From positions 1-64,000 of IMG/VR virus record IMGVR_UViG_3300032322_001765: 64,000 nucleotides of DNA, one strand, 5' to 3'. The notes under the pieces were generated by a model. That model saw nothing but the letters and a program-made list of their open reading frames with translations. It made no database searches and was not told the origin of the DNA. The position numbers and the translations under genes were made by a program. Positions 26,132-41,900 of this stretch are shown one piece after another. The stretch's first letter is position 1; each line of letters begins with the position of its first letter.

Positions 26132-26138
26132 TATTTAT
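26132..26138 (-). promoter_or_regulatory. Late promoter box
   Basis: ATAAATA, 20 nt upstream of ATG 26111, with a GGAG RBS in between. Confidence 0.6.
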
Positions 26139-26139
26139 C

Positions 26140-26760
26140 TTACACTGTGACCAGGTTAGTTAAGCTTTGGATTCGGACAGTATAATCTATCTGTATTTGT
26201 CTGTTTAAGCTTTTCTGTACAGGGTGAAAAATCACATGTGTAATTAACTTCGTTAGTTCATTACCAAAAGTGTCGGTTCCGTCGTAGGCCAATAGTCCTA
26301 GTTCATCAAAAACATAAGCACTTTCAGTTTGTGTTCCATTATCAAATGCTAGCTGACCCGGTGGCTCACCATAATCTAATAGACATTGGACAATAATATC
26401 TGTATAAACTTTACCTGAAGTATGATTAATAGTAATCTTATTTCTTGCAGGATTTAAATTTAAGATATTAGTGTCGTCTACTACTTTTGCATAAGTTTGA
26501 TTGTAGAGACTAGCATTTTGTCCTGTGGTGTTGGGCGGTAAATATGTTATAATTCCGGTTTCATCAACACTTGCACCCCCGTTTCCAAAAGCCATTTTAT
26601 ATATAGTGCCCAATCCCTTGTTACTTAGTGATTCCGCAATAGCTATACTTATATTTTCATAATGAATAGCATTGTGCTTATCCACAAAAACTTCGTCATT
26701 ATTGGGATCATATATTTTTAAAAACCCGTCAATTTTAATAGGAATCGTGTAGTGTGACAT
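26140..26760 (-). CDS. Conserved baseplate/fibre-attachment structural protein
   Basis: MAFGNGG, FDELGL and THVIFHPVQKSLNR motifs. Located in the tail module. Confidence 0.65.
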   Translation of the reverse strand: MSHYTIPIKIDGFLKIYDPNNDEVFVDKHNAIHYENISIAIAESLSNKGLGTIYKMAFGNGGASVDETGIITYLPPNTTGQNASLYNQTYAKVVDDTNILNLNPARNKITINHTSGKVYTDIIVQCLLDYGEPPGQLAFDNGTQTESAYVFDELGLLAYDGTDTFGNELTKLITHVIFHPVQKSLNRQIQIDYTVRIQSLTNLVTV

Positions 26761-26912
26761 TAGTTATCGCCTCGTATTTGCACTAACACCTCATTCGTGT
26801 TAGGGTCGTGAATTTTTATAGCAGAACTGAAATAAAAGCCCGAATATTCGTTTAAAGAATCTCTTTTTTCTGCTTCAACCTGCTTTTCTATCTTCTCTGA
26901 TTTTTCCATCAT
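26760..26912 (-). CDS. 50-aa protein (not in ORF track)
   Basis: MMEKSEKIEKQVEAEKRDSLNEYSGFYFSSAIKIHDPNTNEVLVQIRGDN. TAATG coupling, with a late box 7 nt upstream. Confidence 0.75.
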   Translation of the reverse strand: MMEKSEKIEKQVEAEKRDSLNEYSGFYFSSAIKIHDPNTNEVLVQIRGDN

Positions 26913-26919
26913 AATTTCT

Positions 26920-26926
26920 TATTTAT
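26920..26926 (-). promoter_or_regulatory. Late promoter box
   Basis: ATAAATA just after the giant gene's stop. Confidence 0.6.
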
Positions 26927-26928
26927 CT

Positions 26929-29900
26929 CTAAAAAGGAGCGTTATTTTGTAAAAATACTGCTGTGTCAGTAACGCTGATTTGTAATGGATCACCATTACT
27001 AGTAATTGTTTCACTATTCCAAGTATCAGCATATTCGGCATCCGTAATTCTTCTAGCAGGATTAATTCCATATCCTATAGAATATTTGCTATGCGTATCA
27101 GCCGTACTCGTTCCTTGCACGCCTCTGGTCAATCCTGTTAGGGTATTTGTTTCAGTATTGATTACATCAAACCTTATTCTTTCACCATTAATTTCTACAA
27201 CATTTCCAATCGTTATAGTAACCGTTACTAAATCACCTACTGATACTCCTGAACTGAATATTACTGCCGGTTTTCCATTGAATAATGTTAATCCATATTG
27301 GCTAGATGCAAGTGTTGAGATTGTAGTTTTATTATAAACTTGAACTCCTTTAACCTCATTAATATCACATTGTACATATGTATAAATTGTTCCTGATTCG
27401 TCATTAACTATTAAATCAGTTGAAATTGGTTCAACTAGATTACTTACATTATAAAAATACATAGTAGTATCAGTTGATATAAAATCCTGTGTTAACCAAG
27501 AACCATCAGTAGAATTAGTTCTTGTCACAAACCCATTGCCATATTTATTGACAGTAATATTGAATGACATTGGATTAGGACTTTCTCCTGTAACCATACT
27601 CGTTATTAGTATATAATCATCTACATTCGTATCAGTAAATAATGATAATCTATTATCATATTCCGTATTCATTTCAACAGAACTAACTGTTTGGCTATTA
27701 TTAACTTCATAAGTTCCTATTCCACCAAAGCCTGATATGTACGCAGTAATTACAGTTCCCGATGCTATGTTTCCTCCAAATATTTCTTGACCTATATTTA
27801 AAACTCCCTTATCAATATTTGCTACTGTTAATGTTGTTCCTAATATTGAGCCAGTAAATAATGCGCTAGTACTATAGTTAGTCAATGTTGGCAACAATCT
27901 AACTCCATTAGATCCCAATGGTGCGCTATTTTCTATTATTGTAATCCAATTTCTATTACCCTCATCATATGTCATATTTGGCATAGTTCCTGGCACAGTT
28001 GGATAAGGAATAATGATAGTTTCTGAATCTAACCAAGCGTATCCTCCTGAAACAAAGCCAGTTAAATTAGGACCAATTACTGGGTATCCCAAACTACTAT
28101 CTTTAAATAGTTCATACGTTGTTGCAGAAACCTTATTAATATAAAAGGTCATTTGATTAAGTTCGGTTGTGCCTTGAACACCATCAATTCGGATTAGATC
28201 ATTAGTTGCAAATCCAGGATCACTATTAAAGGTTAATAACACAGGAGTTTTACTTATATCAACAAAAGATATACCAGTGCATTTTATTCCGTCAGACATT
28301 CCATTGAATAGATTTGTCGTTAAGTATTGTCTACTTGTATCATAGAAGGTAGTTACTGCAATAGTGTCGCTTCCTGAACCACCTACCGATATAAAAAGAT
28401 GCAAATACCATGTTCCGCCTATGTTTTGAAACTCATAATCAGCTCCTGGTACACCTGCAGGAAATAATCTTTCACCATTTTTTTCTACAATACTATTATT
28501 GACGTTATTACCTGACAACGTAGTAAGTTCTAAATTTAATTGAAAGCTAGAAGTTACCCCTGTTGTTACAAAAACTTCAGTTTCAGGTATCGAATAACCA
28601 TATTGAACTGACCCAAATACTGAAGTACTGTCTCCTAATATTGAAAACACAATGTAATCCGTCGCAGAATCATACGTATCAGTAATAAAAAGAATTTTAG
28701 TAAAGCCTAAAATATCTGGTATTACTAAGTAGTCTACATTATATTCTAGTTTGGTTAAAGGTCCACCAGAAACACTAACACAAACTAATGGTTCATTGAT
28801 GACCGGAGTGAATTCAATATTAAAATCAAAATATGATTGTCCGGTATCCTCATCCTGTTTTAATGGATAATATTTAGAATTGTTTCTAATTAATTCTTTT
28901 CCATTACCAATTTCATATACTTCAATCAAAATGTAAGTACCTGCAGGAATAGATTGATTTAATGTTATCGTTTCTTCCATCCAATCTACAGTATAACTGT
29001 AAGGTAAGTTAGCTGAAGATTGATTCTCGTAAATGCGACGACCCCTATCCGATACTCTTTCACCAATAATGAATACTGACAATCTAGCCGGATTTACAAC
29101 AAGATTAGCAAAACTAAGTTTTAAGTTATAATTTGGAACACCTGTTTTAGTTTGCATATTAAATCCTGTATGCTTATACCAAATTGGTGAATTAAAATCT
29201 ATATCCCAATATGCACCCGGCGCAGTATTTACATACATAGATAATGTGTCCGTTACTACTCCTGCTACTAATTCTTCTGGTCCATATCCATATAAGAAAT
29301 CGTTTCCTTGTACTACATAATAAGGATCATCAACAGATATAGAAGAAACATCTGTCCATGAACTACCGTTCGTTGACCTCAAGAAGGTATCATTTTCACC
29401 AACTGCATAAAAGAAATTATCTGCAAAATATACGTAAGTTAAATTTTCAGTTGTAATATATTGACTTGAAATTTGCGTCCAAGTTATTCCGTTTACAGAT
29501 GTGAGAATTAAACCAGGATCACTAGTTCCATTACCTGTTTTATCTCCTACTGCAACAAAAATAGAATTACCATAAACTACTGATTTAATATTAGTAGTAA
29601 TTGGGCTCCCTGATATTGAAGCCTGAACCCAGTTACTTGCGTTAGAGCTATAGTAAATTACCCCTGCGTCACCAACAATAACAATTCTATTCAAACTTAC
29701 CGAAGATGTTACTGAGTTAAATCCGTTTGTAGTTAACGAAGGCGTTATTGTACTCCATACTGTGCCATTAATGCTAGTTAAAATAGCAGATTGTGTAGAA
29801 ACTGTAGGAGCCGATGTACCTGATCCTGAGGTTACTTGATAAGTTAAACCAACCACTATAAAACCAACGAAAGTGGTATTGTTTACATATGCAATATCAT

Positions 29901-32900
29901 TTAAATTATTTTGAAACGTTGGGCTTGTAAAATCATACACTTGATCCCAAGTTATGCCGGTACTGCTTCTTAAAATTTTACCACCAACTGCATAAAATAC
30001 CCCATTCACATTTATGACAGAGCTTAATGAAACATTACCCACTCCTATTTGTGAAGTATCGAATGTTCCTTGATCGTATCCAAGAATGTCAAATCCTGTA
30101 ACACTACCTGTAGACACCCAATCTGATTTATCAAAGCTTAAATATATTGGACTTGCAGTAGTTGTTGTAACTACAATATATGCACCGCCTGAATATATAA
30201 TATCTGTTATACCTAAAGTTATCGATGCTATTTCATAACTAGACCAAGCACCAGTTTGCGTAAGCGTAAGAATAAAACTTGCTTCGCTACTTTCACCTGC
30301 CGCTACGAAAGTAGTACCATCATATGTTATAGCCTTGATATCTATTCCTGTAGGATAGAAAGGCAAGCTTTGTACAACAGTATCTATAGGGAATTCATCT
30401 TCTGGTGCAAAAGAATTTCCATAATAAACATTATTAGGATAGGTAATACCTTTTACTAGTTGTTGGGCATCTTTGCCAGGCATACCAACAGTTGGCTGAT
30501 AATAAGCTTCAATTCTATCCAATGCATTTATTGCATTATCACTACTTAATAATGGATACCATTTAGAAGGATTAAATTCTTGATCATTGTTAGCCTCTAT
30601 ACATTGCCAAATAAAACCTTGGTATATTACTAGTGAACTAGTGTTATAATTATAGTTATAATTATTAACTATTGGTTCTGGTAAATATCCGTAATTATTA
30701 CCAGAACCATTCCAAATAAATGATGAGTAACTTACTGGTACGGTTAACAATGTATTTTCAAAAACTCCTATTGTTCCTGTTTGTGTAGAACTATCATAAT
30801 CTAGTGCCTTTACATAGTACTGACTGAATTCACCTATTGATAGCCCTTCAATTGTAGCATTAAAAATACTATTTGATTCAGAAACAATATCTATAGTAAT
30901 TTTAGCATCATTAACAAGAGGTGCACCACCTAATAAAGCGCCTGATATAATAATTGTATTGCCGGCATTGTATATAAACCCGGGATTAAGAATTTCCATA
31001 TAATACAAATTGTTAATATTATCTGGATTAAACTTGGGTCTACTAATTCTAATTAATGCACCGCCTCCTGTGTACATTTGTGAAGTAGTGACAGTTTGTA
31101 CAGATGATACAGTATAAGTTCCTGCGCCACCCGAACCAGTTCCGAATGCAGTTATTTCACATGACCCAATAATATTCGGATTATATACTTTATCTCCTAC
31201 AACCAAAGATTCACCATCTTCTATAACATCAACCGTAAGTGTAGTACCTGTTATACTCCCCACAAAGTTTTTACCGGTATCATCGTAAATGTAGCTACTG
31301 TGAATTTTATAAAAATACATGTAAGACCCGTTAATCTGTCCGGGCTTCAAATCACTGTAACTATAGTCTAGTGTAACTACCGCTTGACCGTCAACATCGT
31401 CTAAATCTAATATTGGTAATACTGCTCCTTGTAGACTGCTTAAACTTGCATCGTTAGAAACGCCATATACTGAAATTTCCGTAATTCCGCCATTTCCATC
31501 TATATCTTCTACCACAATTAAACAATTATTAGGAATATTTCCAGTTAAGAAAAGAAGAGGACCTGTACCTGATTCAGTGGCAGGCTCACTTATCATAATG
31601 TTGTTATTGGTTGTTTTGCTTTTAACTACAGCCCCATATGGTATACCAAATCCGGTAACATAATCACCGATACTAATACCAGTTGTATTTACCATTTCAA
31701 TAATAGAAGAACCTTCAACAGTTGTACCTTCTAATTGTTCTGTCGCATTAGCCCCGCCTAAAGAAGTACCTTGAACAGTTAACACATCTCCTGTAACATA
31801 ATCTTCACCTATAGTTACAATGTCGGCGTAGTATGTTCCACCCAGTAATACATTAAAGATGTTGAATTCAGCTCCATTACCTGAACCGCCGGTTGGTGCT
31901 CTTTCGCCTGAATCTACTGATGCAAAAAGTTTAGTAGTATTACTTGAATCGTTGCCTATGCTTAGATACGGGCTTGAATAGAAAGTATTCGGCATCCATT
32001 CAGTTATTGAACTTCTATAACTGGTCCTATCAAATTTTAATATTGGTTTGATACTTCTTACTTTTTCGCTCACCATTGTAGGAATAGCTTTTGCAGTAAG
32101 AGAAATTCTATGTGTATATGTAGGTTCTAATAAAGTTTGATTAATAAACGGTACTGGATTGTTACCAGTCAAAGCGTCATCGTATGTTCTATGTAATGTC
32201 ACAACCGCTGCATTTATAAGAGAAAATGCAACTACGGTTCTTGTTGTAAATATATCAATATTATGGATATAGTAATATCCATCCGGAACTAATTTATAAC
32301 CATTTGTTGTGATGCCGGTAGAATAAATTAAATCTCCGCTTATTAGGTTAGTAGTCAAATACTGAATAGAAAAACCAACAAAATTTATTCTTTCAATAGA
32401 AGATTCATAAGATACACTAGGCTCAAAAACGATTTCAGGAGGCACTACATAACCTTCACCGGCATCAATTATGTTTATTGATACAACTTTATCGCCACTT
32501 AGATTAGATGTAAGCAGTGCTTGACGTTTTGGCGCAGGATATTTTGTTGTATCAATAAACGCCGTAACAGTTGGAGGAGTAACATAATCTCTACTTCCAT
32601 TAAATACGCTTACTGCCGGCATATTAATATAAATTGGTGTTCCGGCAAAATGTGATTCTGCCTGAGAATCGTTAATAGCTCGACTAATGCCTAATATTAT
32701 TCCCCTCTGTCTATCAACACTTGTATAACCGATAAACTCATTGTTAATTTTTAATGTCCCTGTAACAGGCAATCCTTCGGCATTGTCTACAATTATTTGC
32801 AAATCAGTATTGCTTATAAAACTACCAACATTACATATGATTACATTATCTATTACTCCTAAACTCAATCCATAATTATTATACCATTCAGTATATTTAG

Positions 32901-35900
32901 GATCATTCCAAATATCGCTGTTTGTTGTAAACTGATCAGGATAACTTGGATAAACAGGATTTGTTGCAGAATAACTACTTCCGTAAAGCAGTTGAGGAGT
33001 AATAAATCTGCCCTCTGCGTCATCATAAATTGCTGGCAAATCATAATCAGTTATATTAGCGTTATATGGTTCATTTCTTGTATAGCGTAAATAAAAATCT
33101 TTAAACACAACATGATAAGGCTTCATCTCTGTTATATAACCTTCTAACAAAGATTGATTATCACGTTGAAATTTTTGATTAGTGGTTAATTCTCTTACAG
33201 TATAACCAACATCCGCAAAACTTGTTTTAGTTAACCAAGGTAAATAATTTTGTCCCTCTATATTTTCACTTTGAATATATTCAAATAATTTAGTTAAACT
33301 TACATTTCTATCCTTAAATAAAGGTCCTAAATAAATTTGTTCATTTAATGCACGGATTATATAGCGTGTTTCAGTTGAAGGGAATGCGTCGAACCCATTA
33401 CTATCAAAGCCTGTGCCAAACCCAGTGCCATATTTTTCATAATCCCATAAACTATCTAAAAAATGTATGGTGCCGTTTTGTAGACCTATTCTCACCCATT
33501 CAGAATTTTGATATATGTATACTTCTCTATTTCCCTGACTATTGCTTGCAACACCTACTATCATACCTTCAGTGGTAGGTAGTGTTAATAAATCCGTATA
33601 TATTGAAACTTCTAGTTCGGCTCTAGTGCTATCATCATATCCTTCGGCCCACCAATAAATGTTCGCCCAATAATTAGAAGTGTTTACAAAATCCCCTTGT
33701 ATACTTAAGAATGTAGTGTTACCAAATTCATTTACTGGATAAGCCTTTACTACAGTGTTAGCGTACTGTAGATATGTTTTTAACGCAGACAGTCTGTTTA
33801 CAAAAAAGCTTTGGCGAGGTCTTACGTTTATACCAGTTTGTAAAAGTTTAGGTACGGAATAATCAGGAACACTTGCACCTGTTTCATCCAATCCAGCAAA
33901 ACTATCTAACATTCTATCGTAAAGCCCAGTAGGGGTATTAAAACCTTTGTCAACATTTGGGAATCCTGGCAAAAAATCGTCTGGATAATTTGTTCTAATT
34001 AATTTGAAATCTAAATGACCAGTTGGACCATTTGCATTAGCACTATATCCTAAATGTAGATTAGTTGATGTGTCATTAATATATTCACTTGCATTGTAAA
34101 AAGCATAAACATTAGGTTCTAGTGATGCAAAAAATGCTACACCGGAATCTTTTGGATTAGCGATATATTGCTCTACAATTGTATCACTTAATGTTTTACC
34201 TATATTAGTTGAAATTATATTTGTATTTCTAACCCAATAATAATATTTTGCAACTAGATTATTGTTACTATCTGTGGTATACGCGGTAGAGTATTTTGCA
34301 GGATCATATGGTGTCCCATTTCCTGCATAGAAGAAAGGTAGTACATCACTTTCAATCCAAGTGTAAACTGTAACATCGCTTCCTTCAAATACTGTTCCCC
34401 AGTACTTACTATTATATTGATTATCATTTTGATGATAATTCATAAATCGTGATGAAGAAGGATTATACCATAATTTTCCAATATGACTATCAGTCCAAAC
34501 TATATTACCCACAGTATTATCAGGCGAATTGTATCCGGCAGGATCTGTAGGTGTTATGTAATCTATGTTTTCTGCGACAACACCCAATAATTTTCCTTGT
34601 AGAGGATCTATAAAATCTAATCCAGTTAAGGTTTCATTGTTTCTGTTATCATATAAAGAAACTTTTTGTATTTTTTCTACGTCAACTACAGGATTAGATT
34701 GTCTATATAAATGCCAATTAGATATCTGTGTTGAATTTTCAAAAACAAGTACTTTACCACCTAACGTTGTTGGTTGAAAGTTGGGGGAGCCTATAATTAC
34801 TACACCGTTATTAAACGACAATGCAGTTCCATATAAAGGTTGTGACCCGTAATTCTGATCTATATCATTCAATGACTGCGCATAAGCATATTTTCCAATA
34901 TTGGTTAAACTTTCATCATATGATTGAATATAATCATACATGTATGCGGCACCAGCATTACTGTTAGTATCTTCAAAAATAGTTAGATTGTTGTCAAATA
35001 CTGTATCATTATGTATGTTATTGTCATTTGAAAAATCAAAAGTAGTATTAATATATCTAATAGCGACCGGTGCACTTACAACAAAACTATTTTCTTCATT
35101 GTATCTTACTGCATAGCCAAATTGTGTTCTTGTTTGCTTGTGACTATCCTGAATTATTTGAGATTTGATATAATCAGTGAACCCCATCTCATATAAATAA
35201 TTCCCATTAAAAACACTAATGTTGAGTTTATTATTCATTGGTCCTAAATTAATATCTCTTAATCTAATAATTAAACGACCATCTTCTGTTGCATAAGCAA
35301 AAACGTTTGTTACACCTGCGCTGTTAATTGCACCAGCTAACGTAGCTGCGTTTCCAGCTGGCATATACACACGATAACCATTTATTAAAAGGTAAGTATC
35401 AGCAGTAAGATTAGCCGCAAGTAAACCAGTCATTGTGCCAAAACGCTTACCCTCATTAGTAAATCTATATACTGCACCTTCTGTTTGCACATTATTGATT
35501 ACATCAAATGGTGCACCAACTAATAATTCACTGCCAAAAGTGTTTGTATCGACCGAGAATCCAAACAACTCACCCTGTCTTAAGTCACCAGTATTATCGA
35601 ACCCGTATATTTGTTGTGTTAACACAAACTGGGCGCTGCTTATTGTAATGATATCTCCTGCAAATAAACCTATCGTACCTATAACAATAATGTTTACAAT
35701 TACAACATAATTGCTTGTTGACAGTAACTTCCCATTTACATATATTCGTGTTTGATTTGTAGGTTCGAAGGCTAATACGATAAGTAGCGGATCAGTAGGA
35801 CGTTGATCATATTGTACTTCAATATTTTCAATTAATCTGTCATACATATACACTACACCGGTATTTGTGAGTGTTATATCATAATCTGTATAAGGAGCAC

Positions 35901-38900
35901 CTACAAATAATTTACTACCGTCGTGATTTGTTGCTACGCTGAAACCAAATTTGTCTCCTATCTCTGCCATTGGGGGACTAATAGATCCAACTAAACTGAA
36001 ATTAACACTAGCAATAAAAATGTTTGAACCTGTAGTTGCTGTGTACTGAATTTGTTCTATCGTATAAAAAGTAGTTGTATTTGCAGAAACGTTATAAGTA
36101 CCAGTTATTACGGTTACTGAAGCATCATCACTAAATGTTACGGTGTAAATTGGTGATCCAGCTGCAATTGTACTATAAATCATTTCAACGGTATAGAACG
36201 TTGTTCTGTTAGTGCCTGGATCATATGCCTCATTGGCAATAGTATATAATCTAGAACTAATTGGTCCTGTGTTAGAAAATGCAACTTTATCACCGTGTGC
36301 TAACTTACTACGCTGGTCTCCTGAACATCTAAACAAATAAGTACCTTCTACTACAGTGAATAATGTTGTTGCGCCAATAGCACTATATGAAGTAACAAAA
36401 TTTACCATTTGTCCTTCGTTAATATAACTTAAGCGATTTCCTGATACAGTAAATTGTCTTTGATTTACAACGGTAGCTGTTGATAACGAAATACCTGCAC
36501 TTGAATATGTTAGAGTTTTATCTCTTTGAAATGCTAAAACTGTTTCGTCATTTTGTGCACCTAAATATAACAAGTTACTGTCACCTGAAATATCCATTGC
36601 ATCACCAACTCTACCTCCTGTGATAGATATGACTTGCTCTTGAATAATACTGTTTATTGTTCCGTTAGGTGGTATTCTATAAACAAAAATTTGGCTTATG
36701 ATATTATTTGGTTTAGAAACAATTAACAAATCATTACTGTAGACTATAGTTTTACCAAACTCCCCGCCGTTATTAATTGTATTCTTTAAGAAAAATACAC
36801 CATTAGGAGAAATATCATAGTGATATACTTTACCATCTCCTGAATCACCTATAAAATACCCAACGTTAGGTACATAAGCAACGCCTGAACCAAATGTGTT
36901 TGCGTCTAGTAATCCAGAATTTAAATTATTAAGTATATAGTTATTTGTTTTCTCATAAACTGCCCAGCTCCCGTCTACACCCCGATCTACCCAAACTTTA
37001 TTAACTGCATATTCTGCATTTAATAGTGGTAATGAATCGATATCACGGGCAGTATTTAATCTTTGGCTTTGCAGTAAATAAACTAATCCGTTTCCAAATA
37101 AGACATTAATTTGGCTATTTAAGTCTAGTGAAACTCTTATAGATTCTAATGATAATACATCTTCTACTTTATAAAAACCATTAACTACTACCTCAAAATT
37201 TAAAACAGCTATGAGTTGATTTTTCAGTAATCCATGTGGTTTTTGAAATACGAAGGTAACATTACCGTCTAAATTGTTATAGACTATGCGCAATTCTGAT
37301 TGAATTGACAACGGCGTATAAATTTGCCACGTGTTGTCTTTATCTGCTACCCAAATATAATCATTTTTGTAAATGTCTTGTAAGTCAATCGCTGCCAACC
37401 CTGCAATATTATAGGATTGTCCTCTAGTATCATCAATGTTTACATAACCTGCGCTGGCTAATTTTTCAGTATAACTATTTGATATTACCGGCAATATATC
37501 TGTTGATACCACCGATCTTCCATAATTTTTAAGATTATATAATGGAATGTTTTGTTGTATACCATTTGGCGCTACATTATCTGTGATACCTAAAATGCTT
37601 GGATTTCCTGTCAAATCATATTCATTGAGAGTTACCTCAATAAAATTCTGATTCATTAGTCCACCATATTCTCCTGTTTTTATAGCCCAGTTTTCATAAA
37701 TTTCATAATTTAATTGATTCTGTTGAATATTAACGCCCTGTAACTTAGTGACACTATCTACCGTACCCTTAGAAGTTATCATATTTTTATACAGGTTAAT
37801 TTGAGTACCGTCTGTAAAATTAGCGTCAGCGAAATACTGTCTTGGTCTAAATCCTATCAATGATGCACTTAATAAATCACCGTCATTCTCTAAATTTGGA
37901 TTAACAGTATTGTAGAACAAGGTGGCTTCATATGACCGTGTACTTGAATTTGGTAATAACCCTTTTTGAATATTATCATATGATGTCTTAGACCACTCAT
38001 TATAATCAAATTCGTTCTTTGGTAAAATAGTAACTTTATTCGCAATATAATAATCATTCTTGAATATGACTATCATACCTTTTACATACTTTACATTAGA
38101 TTGCCATTCTTGAATATTATCTTGATTTAAAATAAAACCGGCGGCATTTACCGTACCATTCCATTCCGCAGATTTTGTACCGGATACAAAAATTCTTTGT
38201 TGTCTTAGTCCTGTAATTAAGTTATAAATTACATCATTAAACACTGTGACGTTATCAAAAACGACAACATGTTCGATAGTACTAAGATTAGCAGTCATAA
38301 ATGCTATTGCGTCACCTTCGTTAAGTGCTTTGACACTAAACTCAGTTCCGTTTCTATAAACGAAAAGGTCTGTCAACGAAATAGGAATTAAGTTTTGATT
38401 TAAAACAAAATTGTCTTTAGTAAATGTAAGTGGTTGGACAATTGAATTTTCTTTGTTGATAACGACTGCTCTAGCATTAGGGTTAATATTAATCGTGCTT
38501 CCAAATTCCCAACCAGTGTCTACCCAATATAATAATTCATATATTATTTGGTCCCAGTTTAACTCTAACCCATTCTCAACGTTTTCAAATTTTACACCTT
38601 GTTCTTGTAAATATAATCCATATCCTCTTATAAAAGCACACAAATCATCTAATGTAGTATATTCATATCCGTAAGGTGTAGTTATTTTAATGTTAGTATA
38701 ATTTTTTGGAATTTTAACTACAGTTGTATCAATTTGAAACGTATCTAAAACACCATTATTATTTGGGGCAAAAGAAATAAAATAATTTTTATTTTGGCTG
38801 TTACCAAAAATTTTATATCCTTTAATAGTTTTTTGTACAATTATAGACCCATACGTAATTGTATCGATTGATTGATTTTCATATAATAATACACCAAAGC

Positions 38901-41900
38901 TTTCATCCGGAATTAATAAAGAATTATTTTTGCTGTTAGTAGATCCTTTTTCGACATAAAATTTAAGTAAGTCTTTATCACTAAATCCTGCTAATCTGTA
39001 TGACAATCTAACATCTAAATTTTGTACTAAATCAGTGATCGTAGTAGTTCCATCTACTCCAAATTGATATAGATAATCAACGATCCAGTTCACGTAACTG
39101 TGAGTTGCATTTCCATTACCATATACAGTTAGATTTGCTAAAGTTGTTCTAAATCTATTATTGTATAGGTACTGTTTAAATTCTTCATTATACTTGTACT
39201 TGTCTACATCAATTCCCAAACCAAACAGTTGCGCAGGTTTTAATAAAGCTGCGATACGTATTAAATCGAAGGGCCAATTTGAACTCTTTAAATATGCGTA
39301 TTCAGCAGGACCAACATCACCTGTAGCCCATAGCTTACCAAAATTACTTACATCATATGAACCTAATAAAAACTCAAAAGGATTTTTTAATTTTCCTAAA
39401 GTATCAACTGGTATAATATCTAATAAAGCAGGTCTAATTGCATTCTCATTGATATATGGATCACCGTTATTATAAACGTATCCAGCTGCAAGATCAGCCC
39501 ACAGGTAAGTATTATCGCTTGTATATGGTGCTACACCATACCGTTGTATCCACCAATCGGGTTGTTCGGAAAAACCTAACATTTCCCATGGTCTTGTATC
39601 TGGATTTGAAGTGTCATACAACCATAAATAAATCCCTCTCCAATTACCTTTTTGAATTTTTTTATTATTAAAATTAAAAGTGCTATCTTTATAATTATAC
39701 GTAAAGGGCTTTAAAGGATCATATAAATGTTCTTCATAATCAATTCTGTTTATTCCGACCCAATTCAAAAATTGATAGTTATAAATGGCTTGATATTCCT
39801 CATAGCTTATACCTATATTTCTAAACGCACCTGGCGTAACATCAAATTGAGTAATCGGGAGTTGAGAACTTATCTTTAAATTATTATAGATTCTTAATTC
39901 AAATTCCAATAATACTCTGTCACGATAATCACTTAGAACATTGTTATTGTAATTACCATAAAGTTTATTATAAGAACCGTCATGACCTACTAAGAAATAA
40001 GTAGGTGTAGAGTATGTGTTATCTAAAACTATTTTTGGAACACTGCTTGGGTATAGACCTAATTTAGTTGGCGTATTGGGAACATAACTTCCATAAGTTT
40101 GATAATATTCTTTAATCGTAATTATATCATCATTTTGTAAATCTTTAGTAATAGTTAAATTGGGTTCAGTTGGAGAAACTACATAATCAATATTTTTTAT
40201 TAATTGAAATGTTTCTACCTGATTAACGCTGTTGCGTCTTGTTAAATAAACCAAAACTCCATAGTAATTAGCACTGGTATAATCATAAACTCTACTTAAA
40301 TTGAAAATACTTGTATATAATTCAGTTTTGAATACATAATTGTTTGTGATATATGCATTTTTTGATGGCAACATATCAGACCAAAAGAATGGACTAGTAT
40401 CAACCTTTGAAATAGACAACTGATCTAATACATCATCTAAAATAAATGCTGGGGTTTGTAAAGGTGTATACTCGCCGTTGGTCAAAGTTTGTATCATTAA
40501 TCCTTTAAATTTACTGTACTCTAAAGAATTATAATTTAATGCATCAAAAAAATTATTATTAGTATTACGCAAGAATGTGGCGCAATTTACCAAAGAAGAA
40601 CTGTTTTGAATAATACGTGTACCGTATGGTACTATATTACCTAAATCCCTATAATTATTTGCTCCAAATGCAGGTCCTTGCAAATTAGGCACATTATTAC
40701 AAATACTCTTATAATGTCCTCTAACATCACCAAGGTTGATTGTAGTGATATTATCATTAAATGGATTATGGTCTAAATTCAAAGGTATTTGATAGTAACC
40801 TATTTTTGAAACTTGGTCACTATATAACATAATTGTTATTTGTTCCCCTAAAATTGGCTGCTCATTAAAAGTTACAGAGGTTGTAGTATTTGTTGTAGTA
40901 ACTGTATAGCCGGATGCCGACACTCTTTCATTATTTTTATATACAACAATTACAGGCCATTTAGTTGTTGCTTGATCTTTTACCTTAATATCGCATGTGA
41001 TTGCAGGATTCGCTGTTGTTCCGGTATATGTCGAATCAAATACTTGATATTGAAAACTATCTTCTATAGCTGTTTGCCATCCTATTAACCTGTCATATAA
41101 TACATTAGTTTTATATTGGTAAATATAACCATCAGAAACAGATTTAGTGACAACTTGTTGATTTTCAACATATGTAAAGTTTTGAGAGTTTAAAGAAACA
41201 TTAAATTGAATATCACTATAGTTACTATCCGAACTGTATTTTATAGGAAATAGTAGAACAGGATCATCCGCTCCTGTACCAATTGAGTATTCAAAAAGTG
41301 TACAGCCTGCAAAATCACTACCGTAGTAGAAGTCGTTGTCGCCGTAACTTATTCCATTTTTATCAAATAAATCAAACAACGGTGGTTGATTTACACGTGT
41401 TTTTAGTTGTGCTTCATGCCAATTATTTCCATCAAAATAGAAAGTCGTACCTGTATAATTTTCACCTAATGAAAATACTGTTTGTTCATTAATTAGTACC
41501 TCACCACCAGGTGCAATACTAAGTGTTATAACCGGTGTGCTAGTTCCTGTAACGGATTCAAGTTGTACTCTCCAAATTTTATTTCTAACCTCTAAATTTT
41601 CATCACCTGCAAATACTATAGTTGCACCATCGAATAATGCAGAGGTAGGACCGTCTGGAGCAAAACTTGTTTGTCCTGCTACCTGTGTAAAGGCATCTGT
41701 AACCGAAAAATTAATATAGTTAGTAGAAGTCCTTGCTATTGATCCTGAATTATATAATTTTAAGTTAGGGTAAAATTCAATAATAGGTCGCTTTGCTCTA
41801 TTATTGGGATTATTTAATGCTTCAACACTTATGGTACTTACTGGAGAATTAGCAATAACAGTGTTTAGTACGTCGATGTGGAACCAGCGATTTCCTCTAC

